From Antedon mediterranea (lineage: Eukaryota; Animalia; Echinodermata), in assembly GCF_964355755.1 (NCBI RefSeq), contig NC_092680.1:8494001-8558000 (forward strand): a stretch of 64,000 nucleotides of DNA, in the 5' to 3' direction. A model generated the notes under the pieces. The model had not been told where the DNA came from, ran no database searches, and was given only the letters and a program-made list of their open reading frames with translations. Below, piece by piece: positions 37,601-52,300 of this stretch. Made by a program: the position numbers and the translations under genes. Positions within the stretch are counted from its first letter, which is position 1; the number at the start of each line of letters is the position of its first letter.

Positions 37601-40600
37601 GAACGATGGGACTACAATGAAATTGGGTAGCGAGGGAAATGTATGAATAAAATGTATAAAAAAATGATAATATAAATTGATAGTTAACAATAACTAGCCT
37701 ACATTTATTTATTTCAACTGTTCAATAACAAACAAATAGCATAATTCATCAAGAAGTAAGAAATACAATATAAAAACAAAAATACATGATATTAGATAAA
37801 TAAAAAATTACTCAAGTTACAATCTCACATTTTAAGGGTTATTTATTTATTTAACTACTTTATCGAATGCTTTTGCAACCGAAACCGTATTTAGAGCTAT
37901 AAAGTTAAATTTTAGTCTTCATAATTATACATGTGAACACAGGAGAAATAACAGTCAGAGAGATGTTGTCAACTTCAATGACAAATTATTTATTCGAATA
38001 GGAACTAGAAATACTAAGACCAAACTTCAACCAAACTAGAAAACAATCTGGAAAAAAACCCCAACTTGACCGGACAATAATGCCAGCATACGTCAAGCTT
38101 GCATTTATTACTTTATGCTATGTCTACATCAGTTACCGCTTACCCTCTCTCCTTTGCCAGGACGATGCAATTATTGTCCCAATAATTGTTAACAATATAT
38201 TTAGATTAAGAATTAAAACTAATAAAACGTATAAGAAAAATATAATAAACGGGAACATGGATAAAACCAGCTTCATACATACAAATATTCTTTATTAAAA
38301 ATAATAGCCTAAATGTTGAGCCAACACAGTTCTCTTTTTTTTTACGCGGAATACATTTAAATAATTATACTAAATCCTGTTGTATTACTACAGCTGTAAA
38401 TGTTATTGTTTTTAAATAATTAGACTAAAACTGGCCTTATCATTTTTTACTTATACTATCCTGTGTATACTAGCTTAACATTCTCATCATACTGTAACAA
38501 CTTACGGAGAAACAGAACTACTGTATAGAATAAATGTTTAAAACACAGCGATAACGATAACTCATGTCACAGACGCGCGCGTGCAAATTTCGTAATGATA
38601 GATACCAAACATAACAGAAATAAATGTGTGTCAAAATATAGGTTAAATAAGTCGTTTGTGTTCAAAGTAAGTCAATCACTATACCAACTTCATAAGGGCT
38701 TTTGTAAAAAACTCCACCTTAAATAGTGGTGTTATAATAATTACCGTTTACCACAATACATTCAACAAAGGAGATTTTCCATAATGTCGCGCAATCTAAA
38801 ATTGAAATTGGAAATAAACCATCTCTAAGTTTGGCATAATAGTTTTAAAAGAAGCACGTTTTTCACTTTTGACAAACTCGCGCAGAATCTATTTAATATT
38901 TTTCATTCCCCTCGCCACCGTTCTGCCAGTAAATGAAAACAAATGGTACATGTCGACCATTCATACAACTCTCTAATTTAGATTCCATGTGATTTAACTT
39001 GTATAGTGTCAATAGAACCTGACTTATATCGCAGACAGTCGCGTTTATCGCCTGCACTGATTCTCTTACCGCATTGATTTATACGTACTCACTACATTCT
39101 TATACAATACTTTAGACTGTGTTCTTTAGTTTATATCGCAGTTTTTCTATTTATTTAATTATAACTAATTGCTGATATTGGTTTTTAACGGCATGAATAC
39201 GTGAAGTTACATCTATAAAATACGTTAGCTATTTTTAATTGCACATTTAGAAGATAGTATAGGTTAGGTTGTACGGTATAACTAACATCAAGAGTCTGGA
39301 AGTTGGAGATTTATTTAGGACATATTCCAATCAATGACAAATGTATAATATCTGCTCATGATATTATAACTTACTTCATATCTATCAATTCAAAGGCAAA
39401 TTACTGAGAAAAAGAATTACTGAAAGTCGATCGGGACTCGAACTTGGATTTTCTGTTTGTTATGCTGAGGCTGGTAGTACAGTATAACTGATGTATTGCA
39501 GATATTATAGTAATGTAATGTTGCCAATACAATTATGTATTATAATAACTATATAATAATATACAATATATAACAATGATTATTCAGTTAACAAAAAAAT
39601 CCAGTTAATATAAAAAGAAATTCTTCAACACAACTATTTATAATCATGTGATAGAAGAAAAAAAGCTTAATCGAAGCCGCCGGAGACGCTTATTTTAAGG
39701 CAAAACAAAGCCCATCACTAGACTACGTGTAATGTTCTTAACAAACTGCCTTGATTAGATATATTAACTTTAGATAAGTCTGATTTAACAATATCAACTT
39801 GATTAGTTCTAGTGACAATACATAATGATTTAAATTCTTTCTTTATTGCTGTCAATTTCAGTTCATTTTGTTCATTCCTTGTTGTTTCATGAAGTGCAAG
39901 AAACAGTAATGAATACAATTATATATATTGATTGTTATTTGAATTATTAGTGAAATAATACAAAATAACTGATATTTATTTCTTAATAAATTACCAATAT
40001 TAACAATTAAATAGATAATTCGAATTACTTGTTAATATTAAGGCGATTTCCCTTGGATATTAGACAGTATATAGGGGTGAATATTCAATGATAATTAATT
40101 TAAATTAAACTTACAATAATGATACAATGATATTGATAATAATTTATATCGTACTAAATATAAATAAACAATTATAGGCCTAGTATTATAGGAAAAATTG
40201 TAGTCAATTAACTCTATAACTCAGTAGTATATGTTAGCTATTGTATACAATTTAAACGATCAAATATATCGAACAAATAGAATATTATAGAAATAGGCCT
40301 ATAATATATGTTGTAATTGCTATTGATTAGGTTACCAACAGTGGTGTTTCATCCCCTTTGTTGCAAACACAAATAAAATACATAGAGTCTAACCTAACAC
40401 ATGTGTAGATATTATAATACTATTTCGAAATTGTGCAGAAAAATAATTTCTGAATTATTAACTGTATTGTTCAATAAGATTGGTTTATTTAATATTTATA
40501 TAATATGATGTCTATGTTATAGGTAACAAATGAGTTTAAATACCTATAATGATTTATGAAAATATAAATACTGTAGTTATTTAAATTATTATCATTGTAT

Positions 40601-43600
40601 TGTCATAATGTATGTATAAGTAAAAGTTATATACACCTTTATGAAGAGTATTACATATGAAGAATATAAATATAATGACAAATATAAATTTATTATATAA
40701 AATTAAATATGCAAGAAATAAAAGTGGGTGAAATCCCCACAAAAGAGAGAAAAAAGATTGGTTTATTGTATGGCAAAATGATCAGATTAAAAGTGATATT
40801 ATTGATGTTAAATAAACGGTACTGTTTTCGCACCATTTTTTCTTTAAACTGTGCTTAGTTTTGCAGTTCACGAATATGAATACGAAAACTTTTCAAAAAC
40901 TGATGTTTTACTTCATTGTTTTCCATTTAATTGACCTTCGTGGTTTATAATTCACACAACTGACGTAAACGCACCAAGTCGGAGAACTGCTCTCAACGAT
41001 GCACAAATCTCATATTATTCTTTATTAATGTCGCACATTTTTCTTCATTTAAAAACTGTTATCTTAGGCCCTGACAGGGATCTTTTTCTCGACCAATCAG
41101 GCGTTAGCTTTGGTGCAAAATATTTGGCATTCAAGTGTATGTTTTCCATATTAATAGCAAAGTGATGCCAATTCGGCAGCATGTAAATGCAAATAAAAGC
41201 ATAGAATCATCAAACACTAATGAATGACCCGGAGAACGACTCCATATTGCGGTCCTCAATGACTCACAGGAGTGCAATATTGAGACCGATCCTTCTGTTA
41301 TAAATATTGCCACGCACATAAGTAAGTCGTTTGAAATCAATGTTCAGTTTTGTGAAAGTAATTCAGTATTTGAAAATTGTTAAACAATGTTATCATGTAT
41401 AGTGTATAAACAGTTGATAAGTAGGCCTATAACCATAACATCTATGAGACGAGACGAGTTTACAAAAAGCTTTTTTACTTTTTACTTTTCCTCTTTTTTA
41501 TTTATTTCTTGTAGTACCGGTAACTACCATAAACATAACACATTGCAAATGAAAGTCAAAACGATATAAAAATAGAAAGACGTGTAAACAAGTTTTGAAC
41601 AATTAGAAAAGTTTTAACAAGCTAATTACCCATTATTGTTTTCTTATCGAAAAATTATTATTGAATACTGCCCTCTTCGACATTAAGTATTGCTGTTCAT
41701 TTTTATAGCATCGTTACCTCTATCACTTTTTTTATATTTTTCAAAAAGGCTTTTGGTATTTTAAAGATGTGTTTACTTTTCAAGTCACATAATAAATAAC
41801 TTAATTATTAAGTATAATAAAATAAAGTATACTCTCATGTACATATCTCATATTTGAGATAAGAGGACATCTTTTGATTGTTGTTTTATAGTATTGGAGT
41901 AGCTCACTGTATTACTATTCTTATTTATAGTTTCTATTTTTAAATGTTTTATTAAATATAAATATATTCTGACATACATTCACATCCCACTAAGAAAGAA
42001 ACAGACAAGTACAACAATGATATTTGATAACATGCTGCACATAACCAGGTCATCGTCACCATCCTGGGAAAAATACAATTATGGTACCTGACTACTTGTG
42101 ACTTATGATTTAAATTATTTATAGTGTATTAACAAACAGTAGCCTACAAATTTAACGTGTATGTTTCATGCTGCCTATAATAAGGAAAACTGCCAAATAT
42201 TCTCATTGGAAAAAGCATATTGGGAACTTGAAATACATACATTTAATATACTTACTTGATGTGATAATCTATTTGTACTTGTATGTACAATTTGATATTC
42301 TTTTAATCATACAGTATTTAACTGTTTCAATTTAAATATATATAATTAAGAGATTGTCTTTTAAAATTCAGAACGAATGTCGTGTAACACACTATAATCT
42401 CACTTTCAATGAATACATGCTTATGATTTGGAAAAAAACGTTTATTGAACGAAAAAAAAGTCAATCAACATCTAATACAGTATAACTACTATAGCATTCA
42501 TCAAGAGAATTTGGGCATCGTTACATGACCTTTACAATTTGTTTGGGTAAAATTAATGTTTATAAATTAACTACTGTTCTATACTGTTCTTGTGTTCTAC
42601 ACAACGTTTATGCTTATATTTAATGAGTTATAAAACATAGGCCTATAGTATAATGCTTATAATTTCATTTTTTTGTTTTAGATTGACAATTATTGATTAG
42701 CTGTATTGTTCTTGACTTTTATTAGCATTTTAGAGTTTAAATAGTTGAAATATTAATATATTATAACATTAATTAAAACAAAAATTATCTCTTTGAATTG
42801 AAGTTAGTAATTAAACAATACAAATGTATCGAATGTGAAACAGGATAAAAAGAACTGGTCGATTGAAAACGAAATCCCGATCAAACTATGTTTCATTAAT
42901 CTGCGTACATCTGCAATGGGTTTTCTAATTAAATGTATTTGCATTAATAATGCCTTTATTTTCATTAACACACTATTCTTTCTATTAACAGGTTTATTGA
43001 TTAGTTGTAGCAATATTGAGAGTCTTTATCAGCAATTGCCAATATTCTTTTGTGTATCTTTAGAATTTAATAACTCCTCGAATAAATCAAGGAAATCAGC
43101 TTAATAACTTTGAATACGACGAGTAAACAGTAAGTTGGTATCGATTATAGCCGTTAGTTGTAAACACCCTGTTCAATAGACAAATGCAATCAACCATATC
43201 ATTGCTTATTATTTCCGATTCGGTTTCCAAGGTTACTTTGTTCATCACGTGTGAATACCTGTTGACTTCGATATGCTTAATTAGTACGCAACTTAATTAA
43301 AGTTCATTTTGAGAACAAATGATTCTAAAGCTAGTTCTTGTGTTCATTCTTTCTTTGGTTTTAGGTTACCGGATGATTGTAATCCATTTTAAGTATAAAG
43401 GCGTATAATAACGTAGGACCTAATCCGTCTAGAAATTGAATAATCATAATATTTAATAAAACAATACCGTAACGGTCCAGGAAAAGTTCTTTTTTTCCTA
43501 TAGTGTGAATTAATATATTTTATCGTTTGAATTAATTTTACAGTACAACTTTGAAATAAATGTGTTGTGTGTGCTTGTCTTCTCAATGAATGTCCTCCTT

Positions 43601-43736
43601 TTATTTGAGTAAACATTCGCTATCCTTGGCATCGGGCCTAAATAAAATAATAATATATATATATATATATTATATATTGATAAAAAGTTTGCGGTACACA
43701 ACGTATATTAGTTCTGAAAAGAACTGTTGAGTTTCA

Positions 43737-43848
<112 letters not shown>

Positions 43849-44435
43849 TATATTTCGATCCCAGTATAGTAGATGGATGGATTTGTCAGATTGTCATTAG
43901 ATAAATCCTAACGGACTATTGCAAGTCATTTAGATACAAGTCTATAATTCCAAATACAGAAATAGATAGGACTAAGTGTCGATACTCCTACTGAATTATA
44001 TATGTTATACAATAAATATGCATTCGTGTGTAAAAGAAATAAACATTATATAAAATGTTTTAAAAAATAGAATTCAGTGGTATCCTCCTCCTACTTTTAA
44101 CTGTGGATCAATGTGTGTTCCGTTTTAAAATTCTAATTTATCTATTTTTGCCACCTATGAAACAAATTATTTATATTGAAGTACGGTGTTTAATTTATTC
44201 ATGCATTATCCTAAATTAGGACAGTTTACTTTTTATTTGTTGCAACATTATATAATTATATCGTATCTATTTTAATTACCTTTTAAGGGAAACGGAGATA
44301 GATAGAAAAAAAGACACGAAAAGAGGATGATTTTATGTTTTCAAAGGCTAAGTGATATATATAGTTCGCCATTCCATGTCTTCAAAACTAATAATATAGA
44401 GTATTAGAATATAATAGTAATTAAGTATACTATGA

Positions 44436-44680
44436 AGAAAGATGATAGAAAGATGATAGAAAGATGATAGAAAGATGATAGAAAGATGATAGAAAGATGA
44501 TAGAAAGATGATAGAAAGATGATAGAAAGATGATAGAAAGATGATAGAAAGATGATAGAAAGATGATAGAAAGATGATAGAAAGATGATAGAAAGATGAT
44601 AGAAAGATGATAGAAAGATGATAGAAAGATGATAGAAAGATGATAGAAAGATGATAGAAAGATGATAGAAAGATGATAGA
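44436..44680. repeat. 11-bp minisatellite (GATGATAGAAA)n, ~22 perfect copies
   Basis: Seen directly; it accounts for the repetitive ORFs 44348-44722 and 44404-44712. Confidence 0.98.
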
Positions 44681-45529
44681 CCTATTAATCTGTTTGAAAC
44701 AATTAAAAACATATTTATTCAATATTTATCTACTATTTTTCTTATTTTTTTCCTTTCTTCCTTTCTTCCTTTCTTTTTTTGTGAAAATGTTTAATATCGT
44801 GTTCCCGATGGTTCTTATTTTGTCTTTTTATATTAATTTGCCGTTTTTATGCGTATTTAAATTGTTTATATTTTTTGTGTTTTCACTGATTGTGCGTGTC
44901 CGTTTTATAATAGCTTTTATGCGGTATTCTATCCGCAATTCGTTTCAAAACTAGGCTTATGACTTTTCTCAAAACTATGTAATCCTTTTCCAGATTTAAA
45001 TTGTAAAATATTAGATCTAAATATTTATATATATTTTTGCTTAATTTAACAAATTTTCTTATTCAGATTTTTATTCTTATGTTATTTACTTAATTTTTTG
45101 GTTTTTGTTTTTCTTTAACTTTTCTGTTTTTGTTGTATTTTGTGTATTGTATCTGTTCTGAGGGTCCCAAATGATCAGCAACTGCTGGATGGATCACCTC
45201 ATTAAATATGGTTAAAATAAATAAATAAAGTATTGTCTATATATATATAATAATATTGTTAAACTTCAAATTGTCAAATCGAGTTGAAATAAAGAATATT
45301 ATTATTGATTATTATTATTATTATTATTGATTATTGTTATTGATTATTATTATTGATTATTATAATTGATTATTATTATTATTTTTACGGTACAACCGGG
45401 CAAGAGAAGTTGCATCTTTCCCTGTTACAACAAACTTACTGGTTAAGAAGTTAAGTAGGATTTGCAGATGTTTTTTTTAACTTAATTGTACAGAATACGG
45501 TAGTCAATTAATTCGTTAATCTGCATAAT

Positions 45530-45629
45530 ATTAAATATATCTATTATATTGCCTATTAAATATATCTATTATATTGCCTATTAAATATATCTATTATATT
45601 GCCTATTAAATATATCTATTATATTGCCT
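45530..45629. repeat. 25-bp tandem repeat x4
   Basis: ATTAAATATATCTATTATATTGCCT repeated four times. Confidence 0.95.
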
Positions 45630-46149
45630 ATTTATCATCTTACTAGATAATTACACTAAATATAAGAACAATATAATTACAAATCAACATGATTTTTTTA
45701 AGGATAAAAGAAATTATGAAATTGCTTTTTTCTTATGTACGTTTTGTATTTAATAATTTTTTTAATAACTTGAAAGATAGTAGGCCAATTAGCATTTTAA
45801 AAATCGTGGGAATTGTTTTATTTAAACTTTATTTACATGTTCTTATAATATATAGTCAGCTAGATTAGCATTTTATCTAGGCCTAATTGCAAAAATTAAT
45901 TACTGCTAATTATGTAACAAACCATTAGATAACTTAACTTAAATACATCTCAACAGGTGGTCCATTGGTAACTTAGTTCTATTAATTTTTAGAACATTCC
46001 CTAGAGTCCGTTCACACGGGAAATTTTAATTTTAAATTAAGAGCATGTTCATCAATATTAAATCTCCCTATTGTATCCTTATTACATTCGAACAATAGGT
46101 ACACAGGCAGGGGGAGAGATAAAGGAAAACTGTGTATTGCTTGCTCTAC

Positions 46150-46290
46150 TAGGAGGCGTGTCTTTAAAGAGACCTAAACATTTTATTTTACGATGCTTTG
46201 CGATTGGTTCGTCGCGCGTGTAATAACCGTGACTGACGTAGCGAGTCAACAGGAAGATCTCAATGTGTTTGCTTTATAAAGAAGTCGAGT
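46150..46290 (+). promoter_or_regulatory. Otp proximal promoter
   Basis: GGAGGCGTG, an inverted CCAAT (GATTGG, 46203), CRE-like TGACGTA (~46234) and TATA-like TTTATAAA (~46274), ~65 bp before the ATG. Confidence 0.55.
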
Positions 46291-46342
46291 TTGAAACCTT
46301 TACGCATTCTTCTTAATTTTTACTAAATCAGTAAAGATAGAC

Positions 46343-49300
46343 ATGGACGACATGGGCGATCTACACCTATCCCCGCATGAGGGTATATTATCTGTCATGA
46401 GCGAAACAAGCGATAAGTTACTCGGCTCAGCAACGCTACATAACACAGGTAAGCAAACCTAAAATATTTCCTCTTTTTTCACATCTTCCCACAACCAGGG
46501 TAATTATATTGCTATTGCTGTCATCTAATTTACTTTCAATCTTTATCTCTCGGTGGAATATGCCTTAACAAATTAGATTCGATAAATCGAGTTAGGGCAA
46601 TTATTGCAGTTAACTTTCACTAGAAAGCTGATTAGGCGAGCGGCTGTATTTGGAAGGCACACTGATTAAGATACTAAGAACGTTCAAAGTTTGTCACTTC
46701 GTGTTTATACTCCATAGACGTCTGTAGTCTTTACAGAAAATATCTATTTTATCAATATATAACATTTTGAGCTTTTGATTTATATTGTAAATAAAACACG
46801 GACAAATAGAAACGGATTTAGATAGAATGTGAATCGTTTTGGGTTTTGTTCAGTAAACGTAAGTTTTCTATTATAAACATACCGTTCTTAATTATGTTCA
46901 ACTAAAATACTATGATTTTGTGACTTTCTTAGATTATGCTTACATACGTTTATATCGGTATCTTCTCATCATTATTTATATAAATATAACTTCAAAATTT
47001 AAAATAATTTGTATAAACGAGCTAACGAATTTCTTATTAATCCGAAAATAAGATTTCATAAAGTAGGCCTACAAGTTCAATTAATTAAACTTCCATTTGT
47101 ATTTGAATATAATTTTACTATTGTGTAATTGATTTAATAAGGTTAAAAATGGGATTTTTTTTCAGGATAAAGATATTAAACATTATTATTATAATGAAAC
47201 ACTTTAGGCCTAAATTGTGATTATTATTACTGAAACTTCCTAAAACTATAGACGTATTTAATTATGCATTTTAATTTTAAACTTCTTTGTAACACGATTA
47301 GATACAATTTAAATTCTATGATATAATAGAAATGGCTCCCAGTTTTAATAATGATTTTCTCAGAAATTTTAGACATATTATAAATAATGTGTTTTTGTTT
47401 GTGCGGTACTATAGTTCATTTATCGCTGTGATAGAATGTTTATAATTAGTAGGGTTCAACTTAGAAGGCTATAAGTAAACCTTCCATTCTTCCTACAATT
47501 GCCCACTCATCTCAATACATCAACAAAGTAATACAAAATAATATATTAAAATGACTCGTAATTTTAAATTGTATATCTAAATAATATTTCATACTTTTAT
47601 ATTAAGCTTACGGTATCTTGTAAGTACTGTAATATTTTTGTTTTGCTTATTGTAATGGAGTCTACATAGTTAATTTGTTTATATATCTGAAATAAAGAGT
47701 AGATAACATTTTGTTTGTAAATATTTATGAAATAAATAGAGGCAATCAAACGTATATATAACATAATTCAATGATCAAATAGCTTCTGCTACGTACATAC
47801 GTAAGTCAATAATAATCATAATAATATATTATATAACAGATTACATTATAAAATTTAATTTTTTTGTTGCCAAATCTTACAATACATTTTGAAAACGCAC
47901 TATGAAAATAATTGCACGACAATTTTAAAATTTAACAATCAATAAATGTTACTATACGTCGACATTCAAAATACAAATTATGCTTTAATATTACTACATG
48001 GAAATTATTTGGTGATTTTCTATTTATCTTTTATATAAATATAAATTATCATTATTTACTTGTGTTGTGAATCATTTTTATTGATTATTATTAATAATTT
48101 GATACAGGAACATGCGCAACCTGTTTGTAGATTTTAGTTTAGACTTTTTTTTAATCGTTTTACAGTAGAATTTAAATATATAGCCTACTGTGATTATTAT
48201 TTTTTAATATCTTTAGGATTTATTTAATTATTTATGTTTTCCTTTGCCTATATTGATTTTATAATTCATCACATGAATACTTTTATTATATATAATGATA
48301 CTTAATAACTTATCTCTAAAAACTAGTTAACATGTTTTTTTACTTTTATCGATTTAGTAGTAAGAATATACGATTGCTATTATTCATGATTTAAATTCTT
48401 AAACGTCGCTTTACTAAATAATAATAGATTAAATAATTACTATTGTATGGGTTAACTTCTCTATTACAAATACATTATGCTAAATAGATGCTATGACAAT
48501 ATGTTTAGCAAACATTATGTTTAAAGGTTAAAGGATTGTTATTTGCATGCAAAACACGATGAAAGAAAAAACAGTATCGATAGTACTCTACTATCGTATC
48601 AGATAATACTATGTTATTTTTACAGTAATTCAGAGACAAGATGAATAGAAATGCAGACGAGAAGTTTATTCGAATGTGAATCATTGAAAGCTATCAAGCA
48701 AAAACCTCACCGTCAAAACTCGCCTCCAAGCATTACATTTACATCATAAATGCATCGACTTATTCTATTACATATCTATTATACCTTTCGCCGACATCAC
48801 TTATTAATGGTATTAATACTATGGGATACAACTATACTATTGCTAATAAATATTATTGAAACAAAGCTAATAATATATCTAAATAGATAAATTAATGTAA
48901 AAAAGTTTTTCCTTCCTTGTGAATAATTTACAATTAACGACATTTTTAGTCTACCTCCTTTCACATTATTCAAAACAAAGGCATGAAATCTAAAACTTAT
49001 TCCACGTATTATTGAAAATAATTTGTAGCAAAAAATCGTTGCTTATTGTTCTTGACACTGTTCAAATTACTTTCAAAATATATAATATATATACAGGAAA
49101 GGGTGAAATTCATTCTTCCCCGATAAATATTTAGTCATCATCAATTTGTCAATATTCGTCAGTACGATTCCATTCTGAAAATAACACATCTTTTGGAGAT
49201 TTTATATAACACAAACTGTACAAGAGAGAGCAAAAACGTTTAATGATAATTACATAGTTTAGGCCTAGCAATTAAAAGAAATGTTTAATAAAACAGCTAT

Positions 49301-52300
49301 TTCAAAGCTGAACAAATCTTTAAAAATAAAATGTCTATTTGATTTTTAGCTTAGAATATGTTGAGTTTTGAAATACTGAATAGATATAGATATATTAAAA
49401 TAGTAAAACAAAAATACGCAATAGCGTGATTTGTTTTATTAAATGTTTAAATAAACTAAATCAACGTTTGGGAAAACCATAACAAAATGCTAGGTTACTT
49501 AGTGGTTTCATTTATTACGGTAAGCCTATGTTAGAAGATATAAATAAAATTAGAAAAAAAAATAATAAGGAATGTCACGTCTGAGGTAGACGAAATAATT
49601 TACACCAAATTACTTCAAAGAAATAATAATCATCATTTTAAAACTATTCACACAAAAAGAGACCTTGCTGTCAAATCTAGGTTATTGAAGAGTTACAACA
49701 GTGATGATAAAATTCGTGGCTTGAGTGTGTAGCCTCCTAGCTGAATGGCTTAGGCTAGCGGCACTCGAGGGAGCATTTTACTGCAATTAACTAACATCAA
49801 AGGGCCATCATCGGCTTATTAATAATCTTATGAGAACAGTACAGCTCTGACTGTGGGCAGGAATTGTCACTGAAACGTCTTGCACAATAACTGTGGTTAA
49901 TTTAGTTCTTTGGCTGTGCATTTTCAGTGTTTTTACGTATTAATATTTAAGGTAAATGATTGCTGTCCTTACATTGTAACCTACCCTCGGTATTAGTATC
50001 TCAACTGAAGATTGCAATTCAGAAACGCATCATCCAGGATATTACAATTGTTTCTGACAATTTCAAATATATCTCTGTATCAATTCAAACTGGACAACTT
50101 GTTTATAAGGTTTTTTAAATCGTATAATCGTTTTGATAGAAATCATCTATAGTGTTGATAGGATTGTTGATCCAGAGATAAAACAGCTCTTGGAATTCCA
50201 ATATTTCGATTATCTTTCCTAATGTTCATTAATTAAGAACAAAGATTTGAAAAAGATGCAATCATACAGATACAGAAGGCTTTATCACGTTGCATCTAAT
50301 TTAAAAAAACCTAAGGTTTAGCATCATGTCGCTTCTTTTCCTTTCCGAATAATATTCGTGCATAGGATTTACAAATTCGATGCTTGCTTTTCTACTTATT
50401 TACATATTTAGGAAATACAACAGTATGTAAGCCCTAGTTTTATCATGATCATTCAATGATAGAGCTTATTATACATATTCATTCTGTGTATTTAAGGAAA
50501 ATGAATGTCAAATAACGAGACGAGACTGCACAAGTATCAGCCTGTATATCAGTATCAGCCTGTTTGTCAATATTACATTTTGACGCCACCCACAAACAAT
50601 GGGTTTTAATCATTTAAAACCCATTTATTTATTTTTATTAATGTTTACAAAATATTATTATCATGAATGAATAATTGATACATAGGATATTATTTTATAT
50701 TTCATTTGTTGTTTTTTTTTTTAAATAAAATACCGTAACAAATACAATTGTTATTGTTCCATTTATTCACAGCCATTATGATTCACTATTTTATAAATTT
50801 ATAATTCTAACTGAAAAGTGTGTATAAACAAATACATTTTTTACAAAATACAATATCTATAAATACGACATGTCAAAATAGATATAATTTCATATTTTAA
50901 TATCTTTCTAGGCCAAAAGCATGATATTCACCAAACCAGTGACGGGACGAAACCCAGTTCCACAGACCACCACAATGGTTCTATCGTCACCAGGGTATCC
51001 ACAACTGAGGACGATAAACCGCTAAAACAGAAGCGGCATCGAACGCGTTTTACCCCAGCGCAGTTGAACGAACTGGAACGAAATTTCGCAAAGACACACT
51101 ATCCAGATATATTTATGCGAGAGGAGATAGCGATGCGAGTCGGACTAACAGAGTCTAGGGTACAGGTACGTGTGTACAATATTAAATTGATGTTAAATCA
51201 AATACCTTTGGAGTTCAACGACGTTTATCATCCATTTTAAAATTGCTTGACAGATCGGCGGTAAACATAAATGATATGCTAAACTATTACGGTATTCAGT
51301 AGAAAATCTCTATCTTTTTTTTTTCACTGTCTATACTTAAAACTATGTGTGTAGTCTATAACTGACATTGTTAGTTTTAGAGGTAGGTTAAAGATAAACT
51401 ACAGTAGATACATCCTTATACGTTAAAATGTTACTGAAAATTAAATAGATAAAAACGACATTGTATTTCTTAGGACATAGAAAACAGTTAGAGTTAAGTT
51501 TATTTATTTAGCAATTCAATTACAATCGTAAGTTGTATGTTTTTATAAACATACAACATTAAGAAAGAAATACTTTGTTTGCAGTATATTTATGTTGAAT
51601 AGACAAGATTGAAGTAGGCTTATACAAAAACGTACGAGTAATTGAATATTTGATCTGGCTGTACTCAAACATCTATCCCAGAAATTCTAAAATTCAATCA
51701 ATATTTACATTAAATCTAATAGGCCTACATTTAAACAATACCAACGAATGTCGGACGTAGAGCAAGGCAAAAACCTAGTCTATTAATTATTATTAACACA
51801 AATACAGTATTTACTTTTAAAAAGGATACAAATTGCCCCATTACGTGACATTACCACATGGGTCATTTCGAAACAATATGAAAACGTTTATTTAGTTGTC
51901 TTTTTTTTGTCATGTACATAGTTTTGAGTCGTTTTCATTCCTTTCATACGATACGCATGTTTAATTAGATTCACGGGTAGACAATAGGTAGCCTAATGAA
52001 TCCAATCTCTTAGTACACAACATCATGAACTCTATTAAAAATTCTGTTATTCTGAAACGTTTATACATTCGTCTTCAATCAATCGTTTCAGATACACTAT
52101 AATTGATTACTGCTCCTATTAAGTCGGAGAGACCTCTTAATAAAGATAATACAATTATTATCATAATTCCTCAATTATTGTCACGTGTTTAAAAGATGGA
52201 TGCAATGAATATACAGAAGATTACACAAATTAACAACAATAGCATTGGCACAATAGACTCTATACATTTGACTGACGCATTTATCTATATCAAATATTAT

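Noticed and set aside
22974-43701. Numerous 60-95 aa ORFs in the TBCA-Otp interval
   Set aside because: AT-rich, F/I/L/Y/K-biased translations with no recognisable domains or consistent exon chain; mostly non-ATG or chance ORFs.
44348-44722. Repetitive ORFs (SIIFLSSFYHL)n
   Set aside because: Translation of an 11-bp minisatellite that lacks stop codons on that strand.
44850-45230. Possible LINE 3' end (stem-loop plus (AAAT)n tail)
   Set aside because: Plausible but too degenerate to assign to a family without a repeat-library search.
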